Shown in pieces: positions 44,246-53,574 of a DNA stretch of 64,000 nucleotides. The stretch's first letter is position 1. Each line of letters opens with the position of its first letter. The DNA comes from a virus. The position numbers were made by a program, and so were the translations under genes. The notes under the pieces are model-generated. The model was not told where the DNA came from and made no database searches. It saw nothing but the letters and a program-made list of their open reading frames with translations. Where the stretch lies: positions 32,001 to 96,000 of the IMG/VR virus record IMGVR_UViG_3300017917_002228; one strand, written 5' to 3'.

Positions 44246-44320
44246 CGCGGGGTAGCGCAGAGGTAGAGCACCTGGCTCATAATCAGGAGGTCGCCGGTTC
44301 AAATCCGGCCCCCGCAACCA
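44246..44320 (+). tRNA. initiator-type tRNA-fMet(CAT)
   Basis: C1:A72 mismatch, CGCGGGG acceptor, TTCAAAT T-loop; anticodon stem CCTGG/TCAGG. Confidence 0.88.
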
Positions 44321-44335
44321 ACTTTAGGATATATT

Positions 44336-45094
44336 ATGATTGAGCATGCATACATTCTTTATATTGATACTCCTGAAGCAACAAAATATATGGAAGAGTG
44401 TAAAGCTTCTTGTGAGCAATATGGCATTCCTGTTACACCCTTTATGGGTAAAAAACTTCCATGCACAGTAGAAGAAGTTAAGAATGATTGGGGATTTAAA
44501 GTAGACCCTGACGTTGAAATTAACAGTCGTGGTTTACCATGGATGGATAGCTGGTTTAAAGAGCAGCTCTGTTTAACTGGCCATATGAGTATATGGAAAA
44601 AGATTGCTACCGAGCACAAAGCAGCAGTAGCAGTATTTGAACATGATGCTATTGTGAAGCGAAACTTTAGTGATGTTCAAGTTCATGATATGGAATTTGT
44701 ATATCTAGGATATAGAGTAGATCATAGAGATGATTATGAATGTATCTCTGATCCGTTTATCAAAGTACCAGTTGATAAGTTTGAAGGTACACATGCCTAT
44801 GCTCTCACACCTCGTACAGCTGCAGCATGTTTGAATGCGCTAACTCAACTACCTGTATTACCATTAGGTACTTCTATCGATCATATGATGGGTGTTCGTA
44901 ATATGTTTAATCTACCTATGTGGGTAGTAGATCCAGCTCCAGTAGTAGCAGCTATTGAAGATAAGCAGTCTTTTACACAACCAGATCAAAAGACTGCTCG
45001 ATATAATATGGCACCTCCAGATGGGTTTCTGAAAGGGCTAAAAAATACAGATAAGTACATGTATGATCCTGAAAACAACTGGTTGGTATTCTGA
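44336..45094 (+). CDS. GT25-like glycosyltransferase
   Basis: C..GH..IW, VFEHDA, GTHAYALTP..A, ID. Confidence 0.75.
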   Translation: MIEHAYILYIDTPEATKYMEECKASCEQYGIPVTPFMGKKLPCTVEEVKNDWGFKVDPDVEINSRGLPWMDSWFKEQLCLTGHMSIWKKIATEHKAAVAVFEHDAIVKRNFSDVQVHDMEFVYLGYRVDHRDDYECISDPFIKVPVDKFEGTHAYALTPRTAAACLNALTQLPVLPLGTSIDHMMGVRNMFNLPMWVVDPAPVVAAIEDKQSFTQPDQKTARYNMAPPDGFLKGLKNTDKYMYDPENNWLVF

Positions 45095-45095
45095 T

Positions 45096-45278
45096 ATGGA
45101 TGATAATTACTCTGTAAACATGCTCAAAAAAGCAGCTTTTGTAGACGAAGTAAGAAATTATCTTGATATTATTATACAGAGTGCTCAGGATTATGATAAG
45201 GAAGTAGCTGATAAAGCTAAGATAGTCAAGCAATATCTCGAAGGTAGAATTGAGCACTTGACTAAAATATCAAAATAG
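45096..45278 (+). CDS. hypothetical protein
   Basis: Short ORF after GT25. Confidence 0.55.
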   Translation: MDDNYSVNMLKKAAFVDEVRNYLDIIIQSAQDYDKEVADKAKIVKQYLEGRIEHLTKISK

Positions 45279-45309
45279 CCTATATTATCTTATAGAGAGG
45301 TGTTTTGTT

Positions 45310-45612
45310 ATGAACATTGTGTTATGGACTAGATGTGATGTGCCTCCTCTATATCATACCGGTGATTGTTTTTATTCAATAGAACAAATGATCATCGAAA
45401 ACGAAATGCACTATCGTGCATATTCTCTGCGGGAAGATGTGATTGTATGGATTCCCGCACAACACATACTATTATTAACAACATTAGGAGAACAAAATGA
45501 TTCGCAATACACTAGTCGCATTCCTCGCTATCGCCGGGGTTTCCTCAGCCGTGGCAGGAGATCTACCAAATCGGAAGCAGGCTCCAGCCGCTCCAGTAGT
45601 ATCCAGCGATAG
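45310..45612 (+). CDS. hypothetical protein (3' end overlaps porin)
   Basis: Promoter TTGACT-N17-TATATT, RBS GAGG. Confidence 0.5.
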   Translation: MNIVLWTRCDVPPLYHTGDCFYSIEQMIIENEMHYRAYSLREDVIVWIPAQHILLLTTLGEQNDSQYTSRIPRYRRGFLSRGRRSTKSEAGSSRSSSIQR

Positions 45613-46015
45613 TGGCTTCTATGCCGGCGTCCGTGGTGGCGTTGTCTTTACTGACAATATTACAATCGGTGCTGGTGCGGGTTATCAGTTTAACCGTTTT
45701 ATTCGTGCAGAAGCTAACTACGACTACCTTAATAACGACAATAATAAGACAAATGGTCTTTCGTCGTCATTAGCAACTGGTAATATTATTGGTCAATATC
45801 CTATTGCAGTTTGGGGATTGACTCCTTATACGCTCGCTGGTATCGGCTATCGTTGGAGCGATGCCAAAAACGAGCCAGTCTGGAACGTCGGTGCGGGTGT
45901 CCGCTACGATGTAACGAAGAACGTAGAGCTTGATGCTCGTTACCGCTACGTTTCTTCTTTCCAGAACGAACGTCAGGGTAATGCATTTACCCTCGGACTT
46001 AACTATAAGTTCTAA
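45497..46015 (+). CDS. outer-membrane beta-barrel protein (Omp25/RopB-like)
   Basis: Signal peptide, AGDLPNRKQAPAAP, GFYAG, C-terminal LNYKF. Confidence 0.9.
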   Translation: MIRNTLVAFLAIAGVSSAVAGDLPNRKQAPAAPVVSSDSGFYAGVRGGVVFTDNITIGAGAGYQFNRFIRAEANYDYLNNDNNKTNGLSSSLATGNIIGQYPIAVWGLTPYTLAGIGYRWSDAKNEPVWNVGAGVRYDVTKNVELDARYRYVSSFQNERQGNAFTLGLNYKF

Positions 46016-46022
46016 TATTACT

Positions 46023-46046
46023 GAGGCGGCTTCGGCCGCCTCTTTT
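46023..46046 (+). terminator. intrinsic terminator
   Basis: GAGGCGGC-TTCG-GCCGCCTC TTTT. Confidence 0.85.
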
Positions 46047-46049
46047 AAC

Positions 46050-46126
46050 GGTCGCTTAGCTCAGCTGGACAGAGCAACAGCCTTCTAAGCTGTGGGTCAA
46101 TGGTTCGAATCCATTAGCGATCACCA
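46050..46126 (+). tRNA. tRNA-Arg(TCT)
   Basis: Cloverleaf, ACCA. Confidence 0.95.
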
Positions 46127-46131
46127 ATTTT

Positions 46132-46216
46132 GTCCGCGTGGTGGAATTGGTAGACACAAGGGACTTAAAATCCCTCGCCATAGTGCATGCCGGTTCGAGT
46201 CCGGCCGCGGATACCA
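46132..46216 (+). tRNA. tRNA-Leu(TAA)
   Basis: Class II cloverleaf, ACCA. Confidence 0.95.
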
Positions 46217-46230
46217 TTAAGGATGTAAAA

Positions 46231-46452
46231 ATGGCTTTTATCAAACTTACAAACAATCATGGAATTCAGAAAGGCAATCCTCTGTTGATTAATACAGAAT
46301 GGATTTCTTCTGTATATGAAGAGCACACACCTGACGGTGTCAAGACTCTTATTTTTGGTGGCCCATCTGGTGTAGTATGGGACGTTGAAGAATCGTTTAA
46401 AGAAGTTCACAATCTTTTGGAGAATGTTAGTGGCAAGTGTTCGTGTAATTAG
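46231..46452 (+). CDS. hypothetical protein (FlbD-like pattern)
   Basis: FIKLT...LINTEWISSV...VEES. Confidence 0.6.
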   Translation: MAFIKLTNNHGIQKGNPLLINTEWISSVYEEHTPDGVKTLIFGGPSGVVWDVEESFKEVHNLLENVSGKCSCN

Positions 46453-47086
46453 TTATACCACTCCTGTAAATGAAACAATGGATCTTTCTGATCTCATTGC
46501 TTACATTGCACGGGTATCTAATCCTTCTAATCAGATGAACACTGCTACATCTGATAAACTTCTTAAGTATCTTGCTAAACATAAGCATTGGTCTCCTTTC
46601 GAGATGGTCAATGTTGTTATGGAAATTGAGACTACACGAGATATTGCTCGTCAAATTCTTCGTCATCGTTCATTCGCTTTTCAGGAGTTCAGTCAACGCT
46701 ATGCAGATCCGACCTCCGATCTGGGATTTGAGACGCGTGAATCCCGTCTCCAAGATCATAAGAACAGACAAAATTCCATCGAAACAGAAGATGCCAAACT
46801 TCTCGAAGAATGGAAAAACCGACAAGCCAAAGTCATCAACGAAGCCCGAGGAGCCTACAAGTGGGCAATAGAAAAGGGTATTGCTAAAGAGCAGGCTCGT
46901 GCAGTTCTTCCAGAAGGAAACACTGTTTCTCGTATGTACATGAACGGTACACTTCGCTCATGGATTCATTACTGTCTTCTTCGTATGGGTCCGGAGACTC
47001 AGAAGGAGCACCGAGAGATAGCACTTGCATGTTGGCGAGAAATCATTAAAATATATCCATCACTCGAAAATGTAGTGGAAAGCTAA
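46424..47086 (+). CDS. thyX: flavin-dependent thymidylate synthase
   Basis: ARVS, HWSPFE, QILRHRSF.FQEFSQRY, EQARAVLP, QKEHR. Confidence 0.96.
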   Translation: MLVASVRVISYTTPVNETMDLSDLIAYIARVSNPSNQMNTATSDKLLKYLAKHKHWSPFEMVNVVMEIETTRDIARQILRHRSFAFQEFSQRYADPTSDLGFETRESRLQDHKNRQNSIETEDAKLLEEWKNRQAKVINEARGAYKWAIEKGIAKEQARAVLPEGNTVSRMYMNGTLRSWIHYCLLRMGPETQKEHREIALACWREIIKIYPSLENVVES

Positions 47087-47111
47087 ATATTGTGCACAAT
47101 GGAGCACTATA

Positions 47112-47600
47112 ATGATTCGTTTCCGTAATACTAAACTAGTGCAAAAAGAACACCTAGAACTTGCTAAAGATCTAGGTGATTATATAGAAGACTACTTCTT
47201 CACTCCTAAGCTCAAAAAGAAGCTTGAAACTACAGTCTTTTTTAAAGAGAACTACTTCAAAGAGACTGGTAACTATGCTGATTGTGTATGGGAAGATACA
47301 CATGTCAGACCTCTAGAGTTCACCATTAACTTTGAACCTAAGCAGAAGCTCCCTGTATTTCTAAATACATTTGCTCATGAAATGGTGCACGTCAAGCAAT
47401 GGGCTAAAGGTGAAATGTATGTGCACCAACGTGATATTAGTATTACATGTTTTCGTAAGCAACTTGTAGATACTAACAAGGTAAACTACTGGGATCAGCC
47501 TTGGGAAATTGAAGCATACGGTCGCTCAATCGGTCTTGTTGTGCAATGGGCACAAGATCGTAAACTTACTAACTGGAAAAAGCTGTTGCCTGATATGTGA
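47112..47600 (+). CDS. zinc metallopeptidase-like protein
   Basis: AHEMVHVKQ, PWEIEA. Confidence 0.8.
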   Translation: MIRFRNTKLVQKEHLELAKDLGDYIEDYFFTPKLKKKLETTVFFKENYFKETGNYADCVWEDTHVRPLEFTINFEPKQKLPVFLNTFAHEMVHVKQWAKGEMYVHQRDISITCFRKQLVDTNKVNYWDQPWEIEAYGRSIGLVVQWAQDRKLTNWKKLLPDM

Positions 47601-47640
47601 TCATATGCTATAATATGGTTATATGTGATAGGAGATATCT

Positions 47641-47856
47641 ATGCAACGTCCTGGTAAAAAGCACAAAGCTGCTCTGTCTGACTACGATAACGTCAATCTG
47701 ACTTCGCTTATTCGTTTTTGTAAGGCTGCTCAAGCCGATCTCGAGAAGGCTGGCGATACTGATGCCGCACTTCGTTTCGAGATCTTTGGTGAGTATCTTC
47801 TTAACGACTTCAAAGGCGGCTTTCTCAAGTATAACTCTAAGGCTCTAGGTCTATAA
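47641..47856 (+). CDS. hypothetical early protein
   Basis: Promoter TTGCCT-N17-TATAAT (47586-47614), RBS AGGAG. Confidence 0.75.
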   Translation: MQRPGKKHKAALSDYDNVNLTSLIRFCKAAQADLEKAGDTDAALRFEIFGEYLLNDFKGGFLKYNSKALGL

Positions 47857-47859
47857 ATA
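47852..47859 (+). promoter_or_regulatory. T4-type late promoter
   Basis: TATAAATA. Confidence 0.7.
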
Positions 47860-47885
47860 ATAGATCAATCTGATAGGAGAAAATT

Positions 47886-48275
47886 ATGAACGACAAAATC
47901 AATCCAGTAGATATCTATGCAAAAGCAATCTCAGAACAAGTTCGTAGAGAGCGCGGTTATGTAATAGAAGAATCACATTCTGAAGCTCAAAAGACAGTTG
48001 AGAAAAAAGAAAAAATAGGTGTAGGTCATGTAGCTTCACATGGTACCCATCACGTATTTTCTCCAGAAGATAGCAGCACAAACGATGATCATATAGCTTA
48101 TATTCATCATGATACTGCTACAGGTAAGAACCATCACATTCTTCTAGATACTAAAAAGCATTCAGTTGCTAGTGTTCATAAGCAAATGAACAAAGCAGTC
48201 CCAGGTGGTGTGCATAAAGATCTAGCTAAAAAAGTAGCTGATGCTCACAACGAAGACTTTGAACACGACGATTGA
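47886..48275 (+). CDS. His-rich late protein, probable internal virion protein
   Basis: Late promoter, RBS, high His content. Confidence 0.65.
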   Translation: MNDKINPVDIYAKAISEQVRRERGYVIEESHSEAQKTVEKKEKIGVGHVASHGTHHVFSPEDSSTNDDHIAYIHHDTATGKNHHILLDTKKHSVASVHKQMNKAVPGGVHKDLAKKVADAHNEDFEHDD

Positions 48276-48337
48276 TTTATAGTTAAACGTTAACCTAAAT
48301 ATAGGGGCTACGGCCCCTATTTCTTTAGAGGGTGATT

Positions 48338-49594
48338 ATGAGTGATATTGTAAAGCTTTTGCTTAAGAAAAATAAATTTGAAGTTAAAAAGTTTACTTCT
48401 AAATCTACAGAAATTTTAGTTCGTCATGAGATGCGTCATAAGCTTAGAGATGATGTTCAAAAAGAACTAACATCTATGAAGATAGATTGGAAGCAAGAGC
48501 GAAAGTCTACGCTTTCTTCTTTTGATGTAACAACATTTACATATCAAAATAGAAACTATACTATAATTTACAAGCCTCCTCTAGAGGGTAAATTTGCTGG
48601 TGCTATCAAAACATCTAAACTAGAATCTGCTCAAGCTTATTATTGTGCAGCTGCTTGGAATGGTAGTACAGAGTTTACTGAAGAAGATCTTAAGAGTGCA
48701 GCTAGTAAAGTATTTGCTACAGAGACAGTAGATTATATACTTAAAAATCTCTCAGAAGATTGGATTGACGTTTCTATTAACGTAGCAAAGAAACTTCATA
48801 AAGAATTTGGTAATAAGCAATACTTCTTTCATAGAGGTAGTGATTGGGTATCGTCTCTAGAAGCAAACTTTAAAGCTTTAAATAGAGTTGAGAAAAGATT
48901 TAGTAATGTTAATAAGTGGAATCCAGCTGATATTTACTTAGTTTCATCAACAGAACAAAATAGAAATTTTAACTTTAAATCTATTTTAGAAATGAATTCC
49001 TATCTTAATAGTTGTATTAGCTCAGGTAATGTTATACCTGTATCACTTAAAAAAGCTCCTTCAGGGGAACCTAAAGTGTCTTATGTTAATTATAACACTA
49101 CTAGACCTTCCTTTAAATATACTGGATATGAGGTAGGTGGTTTCTTTAACTCTAAATCTGTATACTTAAAGTATGATGGTGGTATGATTCAATTTAGAAC
49201 ATTTCCTAACTATGCTGGTGAGGTTAGCGGTAAGTATGCAGTTCACGGAAAGATAGGATTGAATAATATTAATCAATATCTTCAAAAACACCTTAAATTA
49301 AATATTGAAAGTCAAAGATCTCTGAAGATTAAGTATCAGAAGGACCCTATTGATATTGCAGCTAATATGTATGAATATCATAAATACCTTAGTAACAACG
49401 TAGAACCTTTCGATAAGTTTATGGAAAAATTTAAAGCAGCAAAATATGATTGGGTAGAAAGTAAATACCTAGGATTACAAATTATATTTGCTATTGAATC
49501 TGGCAGAGAAAAAGCTGATAGAATTATATCTGATTTTCTTGCTTATGCATCATCTCAAACAGAATATAGCGCACCCTATGTTAAGGTAGAATAA
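48338..49594 (+). CDS. hypothetical protein, possible nuclease fold
   Basis: NKWNPADIYL...VSLKK (PD...xLK-like). Confidence 0.6.
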   Translation: MSDIVKLLLKKNKFEVKKFTSKSTEILVRHEMRHKLRDDVQKELTSMKIDWKQERKSTLSSFDVTTFTYQNRNYTIIYKPPLEGKFAGAIKTSKLESAQAYYCAAAWNGSTEFTEEDLKSAASKVFATETVDYILKNLSEDWIDVSINVAKKLHKEFGNKQYFFHRGSDWVSSLEANFKALNRVEKRFSNVNKWNPADIYLVSSTEQNRNFNFKSILEMNSYLNSCISSGNVIPVSLKKAPSGEPKVSYVNYNTTRPSFKYTGYEVGGFFNSKSVYLKYDGGMIQFRTFPNYAGEVSGKYAVHGKIGLNNINQYLQKHLKLNIESQRSLKIKYQKDPIDIAANMYEYHKYLSNNVEPFDKFMEKFKAAKYDWVESKYLGLQIIFAIESGREKADRIISDFLAYASSQTEYSAPYVKVE

Positions 49595-50241
49595 TGAAAC
49601 AGTTCTCACATTTTTTAGCAGAACAGGCTGGTAAAAAACTAAAGCATTTAGATCATCCAGAAGATAATGCTATGTTCTCTCATGAAGGGTTTACTCATGC
49701 CTTTCATGCTCTTCATGATGTTCATAATGCGCTAAAAGGTAAAAAGCACACATCTACTATCTCAGCCAAGCTTGATGGCGCGCCTTCTATGGTTGCAGGA
49801 CATCATCCGGAAACTGGTAAGTATTTTGTTGCTTCTAAGTCTGCATTTAATAAGAATCCAAAGATTAATTACACTCACGAAGACATAGATAAGAACCATA
49901 AAGACTCTCCTGGTTTAGCTCATAAGCTTCATCAAGCATTAGATCATATGCATAAGGTATTACCTAAGAAAGGTGTATACCAAATGGAGTTTATGCATTC
50001 ACATGATGACAGGCAGCATACTGATTCTCATGTAAAATTTAAACCAAACACAATTACATATTCGCTTCCTAAGCATTCAGAAGAAGGGAAGAAAGCAGAT
50101 AAGTCAAAAATCGGAGTAGCTGTCCATACAAAATACGAAGGCAACTCAATCGAAAATATGCATGCAACACCTGATGTAGATCATCATAAGTTTAAACAAC
50201 ACAAAGACGTGCATTTGATTTCGCCTGAGGTAAAGCTATGA
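49594..50241 (+). CDS. ligase-like nucleotidyltransferase, N-terminal part (DUF6267-like)
   Basis: KHLDHPED, KLDGAP (KxDG), FVASKSAFNKNPKINYT, FKPNTITY. Confidence 0.7.
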   Translation: MKQFSHFLAEQAGKKLKHLDHPEDNAMFSHEGFTHAFHALHDVHNALKGKKHTSTISAKLDGAPSMVAGHHPETGKYFVASKSAFNKNPKINYTHEDIDKNHKDSPGLAHKLHQALDHMHKVLPKKGVYQMEFMHSHDDRQHTDSHVKFKPNTITYSLPKHSEEGKKADKSKIGVAVHTKYEGNSIENMHATPDVDHHKFKQHKDVHLISPEVKL

Positions 50242-50756
50242 ACAAAGATCAATCAGCTCAGTTTGAGCATCACATGGAACAAGCAAAGAAGTTGCATGAC
50301 TCTCAACCGCACAATTTTCATGAGATTGTGGGCAAGCATAAAGAACATTTATCTACTTACATCAATAAAACTGTACGTGATGATACTAAACCTACAACTA
50401 AAGGTTTAAGAGCTCACATATCAGAAAGAATGGCTAAAGAGGTAGATAAAGTATCTACCGAGAAAGCAAAGGCAGGCAAGAGAGCAAACCACATGGCAGC
50501 TCTCTTGCATCATGATGAAAATGAACATCATTTTGCAAACGCATTAAAGATTCATCACCATATTCAAGCTGCAAAAGACATATTAGTACACGGTCTTAAT
50601 CAGAAGAAGCATGGTGGAATGGAACATCATATTGACGGTAAAGAGACTAATCCAGAAGGCTATGTTGCTCGTCATAATGGTGAATCAATTAAACTAGTCA
50701 ACAGAGCAGAGTTTTCGAAAGCTAACTTTGCCGCTCCTAAAGAGTGGAAAAAGTAA
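50238..50756 (+). CDS. ligase-like nucleotidyltransferase, C-terminal part
   Basis: PEGYV...KLVNRAEFSKANF; RBS GAGGT and ATGA overlap. Confidence 0.7.
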   Translation: MNKDQSAQFEHHMEQAKKLHDSQPHNFHEIVGKHKEHLSTYINKTVRDDTKPTTKGLRAHISERMAKEVDKVSTEKAKAGKRANHMAALLHHDENEHHFANALKIHHHIQAAKDILVHGLNQKKHGGMEHHIDGKETNPEGYVARHNGESIKLVNRAEFSKANFAAPKEWKK

Positions 50757-50759
50757 TTA

Positions 50760-51500
50760 ATGGATGAGAAGAAGCTTTTAGAACAATTTGCACAAGTTCT
50801 AGGGCCTGCAGCACAAGAAGCACTGTATGCATTAGAGAATAAAAAGCTCAAGCAGTTAAAGATGCTTGAAGCTTTTACTGCATCTTTGTCTAAAGTAGCT
50901 CAAATAGAAGTATCTCTTTCTGAAGAAGAAAAAGATAGAATCATTAATCCAGAACACTATAATAAAGCTAAAGCTGAGCCTCTTCAGGAATCTGGAAAAC
51001 CTGACGAGGCTCAACTACCAGTCAAGGACTTTGTCTCTCCTGCAGCCTATGAGCTATCTAAGCTTCCGCAGAAAGATATACAACAATATGCAGATGCTAT
51101 TCCTAATTCTATTAGAAAAGAGATAGATCTTATAAAGAAGGCTGTTGCAGATTTTCATAGATTTGCACAGCGTCATTCACAGCTCGGTGGTGGTGGTGAA
51201 GTAAGATTAGAACGTTTAGATGATGTTGACTATCAATCTATCAAGAATGCCACTGATGGGCAGGCTCTAGTTTGGGATGCAGCTCTTAAGAGATGGAAAG
51301 CTGGTAGCATCATTCCAGGCCCTGGTCCAGGTCCAGGTCCTTCTGGGACATCAGACTATTTTAATGAGAGAGAATTGTTTCAAGATCATGGGCTGGTTTC
51401 TGACCCGCTATATGATGCATTTGGAGTATTGCTATTAAGTTACGCAGATTTAAATCAAGGCAGCAGGCTGAATACCTATGATTGTGGTGTTATGCCATAG
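50760..51500 (+). CDS. probable virion structural protein
   Basis: GGGGEVRLERLDDVD, DGQALVWD. Confidence 0.65.
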   Translation: MDEKKLLEQFAQVLGPAAQEALYALENKKLKQLKMLEAFTASLSKVAQIEVSLSEEEKDRIINPEHYNKAKAEPLQESGKPDEAQLPVKDFVSPAAYELSKLPQKDIQQYADAIPNSIRKEIDLIKKAVADFHRFAQRHSQLGGGGEVRLERLDDVDYQSIKNATDGQALVWDAALKRWKAGSIIPGPGPGPGPSGTSDYFNERELFQDHGLVSDPLYDAFGVLLLSYADLNQGSRLNTYDCGVMP

Positions 51501-51512
51501 GTTTCTAGCACT

Positions 51513-51520
51513 TATAAATA
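51513..51520 (+). promoter_or_regulatory. T4-type late promoter
   Basis: TATAAATA upstream of the tail-fibre operon. Confidence 0.75.
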
Positions 51521-51548
51521 CCTATACAAATTATAAGGTTTTTAGCTA

Positions 51549-51926
51549 ATGCCTACAGTAATCCAGTTTAGACGTGGCAACACCGCTCAAAATGATGCTT
51601 TTCTAGGCGCAAACGGTGAGATCACAATTGACACGCAATTGCATATGGTGCGATTGCATGATGGTGTCACTGTGGGCGGTCACATCATATCTGGATATGC
51701 TGGTTCTCAAGGCATTCAAGGTTATACAGGATCTCAGGGCGCTACAGGCTTTGTAGGGTCCCAGGGTGTAAATAGGATAGATTTGTTAGAAGATGTGGTG
51801 GAAGGAACTCCGGCAAACGGTGCGATTTTGACTTACAACACATCAGATGATAAATATTATGTCTTACCAATTTCAGTTTCAGACACTACAATTTCAAACA
51901 CTGTTCTTGACGGAGGGCTATTTTAA
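51549..51926 (+). CDS. tail fibre-associated protein (Mtd-N/hyaluronidase-N-like domain, short collagen repeat)
   Basis: IQFRRG, GEITIDT, HDGVTVGG, GxxGSQG, LDGG. Confidence 0.8.
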   Translation: MPTVIQFRRGNTAQNDAFLGANGEITIDTQLHMVRLHDGVTVGGHIISGYAGSQGIQGYTGSQGATGFVGSQGVNRIDLLEDVVEGTPANGAILTYNTSDDKYYVLPISVSDTTISNTVLDGGLF

Positions 51927-53509
51927 TGGCTAGTAATAAGATTCAAATTAAACGTTCGTTGACGACAGCCATTCCGGCTTCGTTAGCTAACGGTGAGCTT
52001 GCGTATACCGCTGCTGGTGACGTGCTCTATATAGGTTCTAATAGCGATATTGTCGCTATTGGCGGTAAAAGAAATCCTGGTTTACTAACTGCTAACCAGG
52101 CACTAGTAACTAATAGCACTGCATGGGTAGATGAAATCCGCGTTGCTAATCTTGTTGCTACTAACATCTGGGCAAATGGTCAGAATGGCCCTGCCGGCAC
52201 AATTCTTGCATCTGACGGCGACAGTGTATATTGGTTGGACGTTGCTACAGTTTCTGTAGGACCTCAGTATGTAACCAATACAGATTCTCGTGTTCTATCT
52301 GGTAACCTACACTTTACAGGTGCCAATACTGTTATTGATAATCTAACTATCAATACAACAACCATTAAAGGTATTTCACCTACTATTGATCTTGCTGGTG
52401 ATCTATCTGGTTCTGTTACATTAACCGACCTTGCTAATGGTACTCTAACAGCAACTATCACTAAGACAATTGCTCTTGGTACAGATACATCAGGCGACTA
52501 CGTAGAAGATCTAACAGCTGGTGATGGTATTAGCGTAACATCTGGTACAGGTGTTGGCTCAAATCCAACCGTAGCAGTTGTTGCTGGTACAGGTATTACA
52601 TCTAACTCAACTGGCGTACATATCGGTCAGCCAGTTGCAACTACAGACAATGTTACATTTAATGACATTGTAGCTAACGGTAATACTACACTTGGTAGCT
52701 CAATCCAGGATAAGATTACAGTTAATGGTTCTATTACTGGAAGCCTACTTCCAACCGCAGACGTTACCTATGACCTAGGTGGCAGCGGCGCACGTTGGAA
52801 AGACTTGTGGTTGTCAGGTACATCAATTTACATTGGTGGAGCAACAATCACATCTACATCAGGTAATACTATCACAGTTGGTGGCGTTACAATTGGTGAT
52901 AATAATATTTCTGCTAACTCTGCAACTATCTTTAACAACTTGCAGGTTGGTGGTGATTTAATCGTCTCTGGTAACCTTGCATTCGTTAACGTAGAGACAG
53001 TCCAAGTTAAAGATCCTCTCATTCTTCTTGGCTCAAACAACACCGTAGGCGATACAGTTGACCTTGGCTTCTATGGCACATATAACTCAGGTACACAAGA
53101 CTATGCTGGTTTATTCCGTGATGCTTCTGATAATGGCACATTCAAGCTATTTAAAGGTCTAACAGCACAGCCTGGTTCAACAGTTGATACAACTGATCCT
53201 TCTTATCAGGTAGCAACTCTTGATGCATTCTTTAAAGCTGGTGCAGGTTTTACAGCTAATGCAACACATGCTGCACTAACTGCTAGCCCAACATATAACG
53301 TACAAATCACTGCAAACACTCTAACTCTTGCAACTGCTCTTGCTACATCTTCAGGTGGTACAGGTCAGTCAACATATAGTGAAGGTGACTTGCTAGTAGG
53401 TACAGGTGCTGGTTCTCTAGCCAAGCTTGCTCTAGGAACAGCCGGTTATGTACTACAATCAAATGGTACTGCTCTAGTTTATGATACACTAGACGGCGGC
53501 ACATTCTAA
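51926..53509 (+). CDS. tail fibre protein
   Basis: IQIKRS...GELA, YDLG...RWKDL, C-terminal LDGGTF. Confidence 0.85.
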   Translation: MASNKIQIKRSLTTAIPASLANGELAYTAAGDVLYIGSNSDIVAIGGKRNPGLLTANQALVTNSTAWVDEIRVANLVATNIWANGQNGPAGTILASDGDSVYWLDVATVSVGPQYVTNTDSRVLSGNLHFTGANTVIDNLTINTTTIKGISPTIDLAGDLSGSVTLTDLANGTLTATITKTIALGTDTSGDYVEDLTAGDGISVTSGTGVGSNPTVAVVAGTGITSNSTGVHIGQPVATTDNVTFNDIVANGNTTLGSSIQDKITVNGSITGSLLPTADVTYDLGGSGARWKDLWLSGTSIYIGGATITSTSGNTITVGGVTIGDNNISANSATIFNNLQVGGDLIVSGNLAFVNVETVQVKDPLILLGSNNTVGDTVDLGFYGTYNSGTQDYAGLFRDASDNGTFKLFKGLTAQPGSTVDTTDPSYQVATLDAFFKAGAGFTANATHAALTASPTYNVQITANTLTLATALATSSGGTGQSTYSEGDLLVGTGAGSLAKLALGTAGYVLQSNGTALVYDTLDGGTF

Positions 53510-53518
53510 TACAACAAA

Positions 53519-53559
53519 ATGGTGGCAGTCTTTACCGGCTGCCACCATAATATTTTTTT
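53519..53559 (+). terminator. terminator hairpin
   Basis: ATGGTGGCAG ... CTGCCACCAT followed by T tract. Confidence 0.7.
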
Positions 53560-53574
53560 ATTATGGAGTATATT

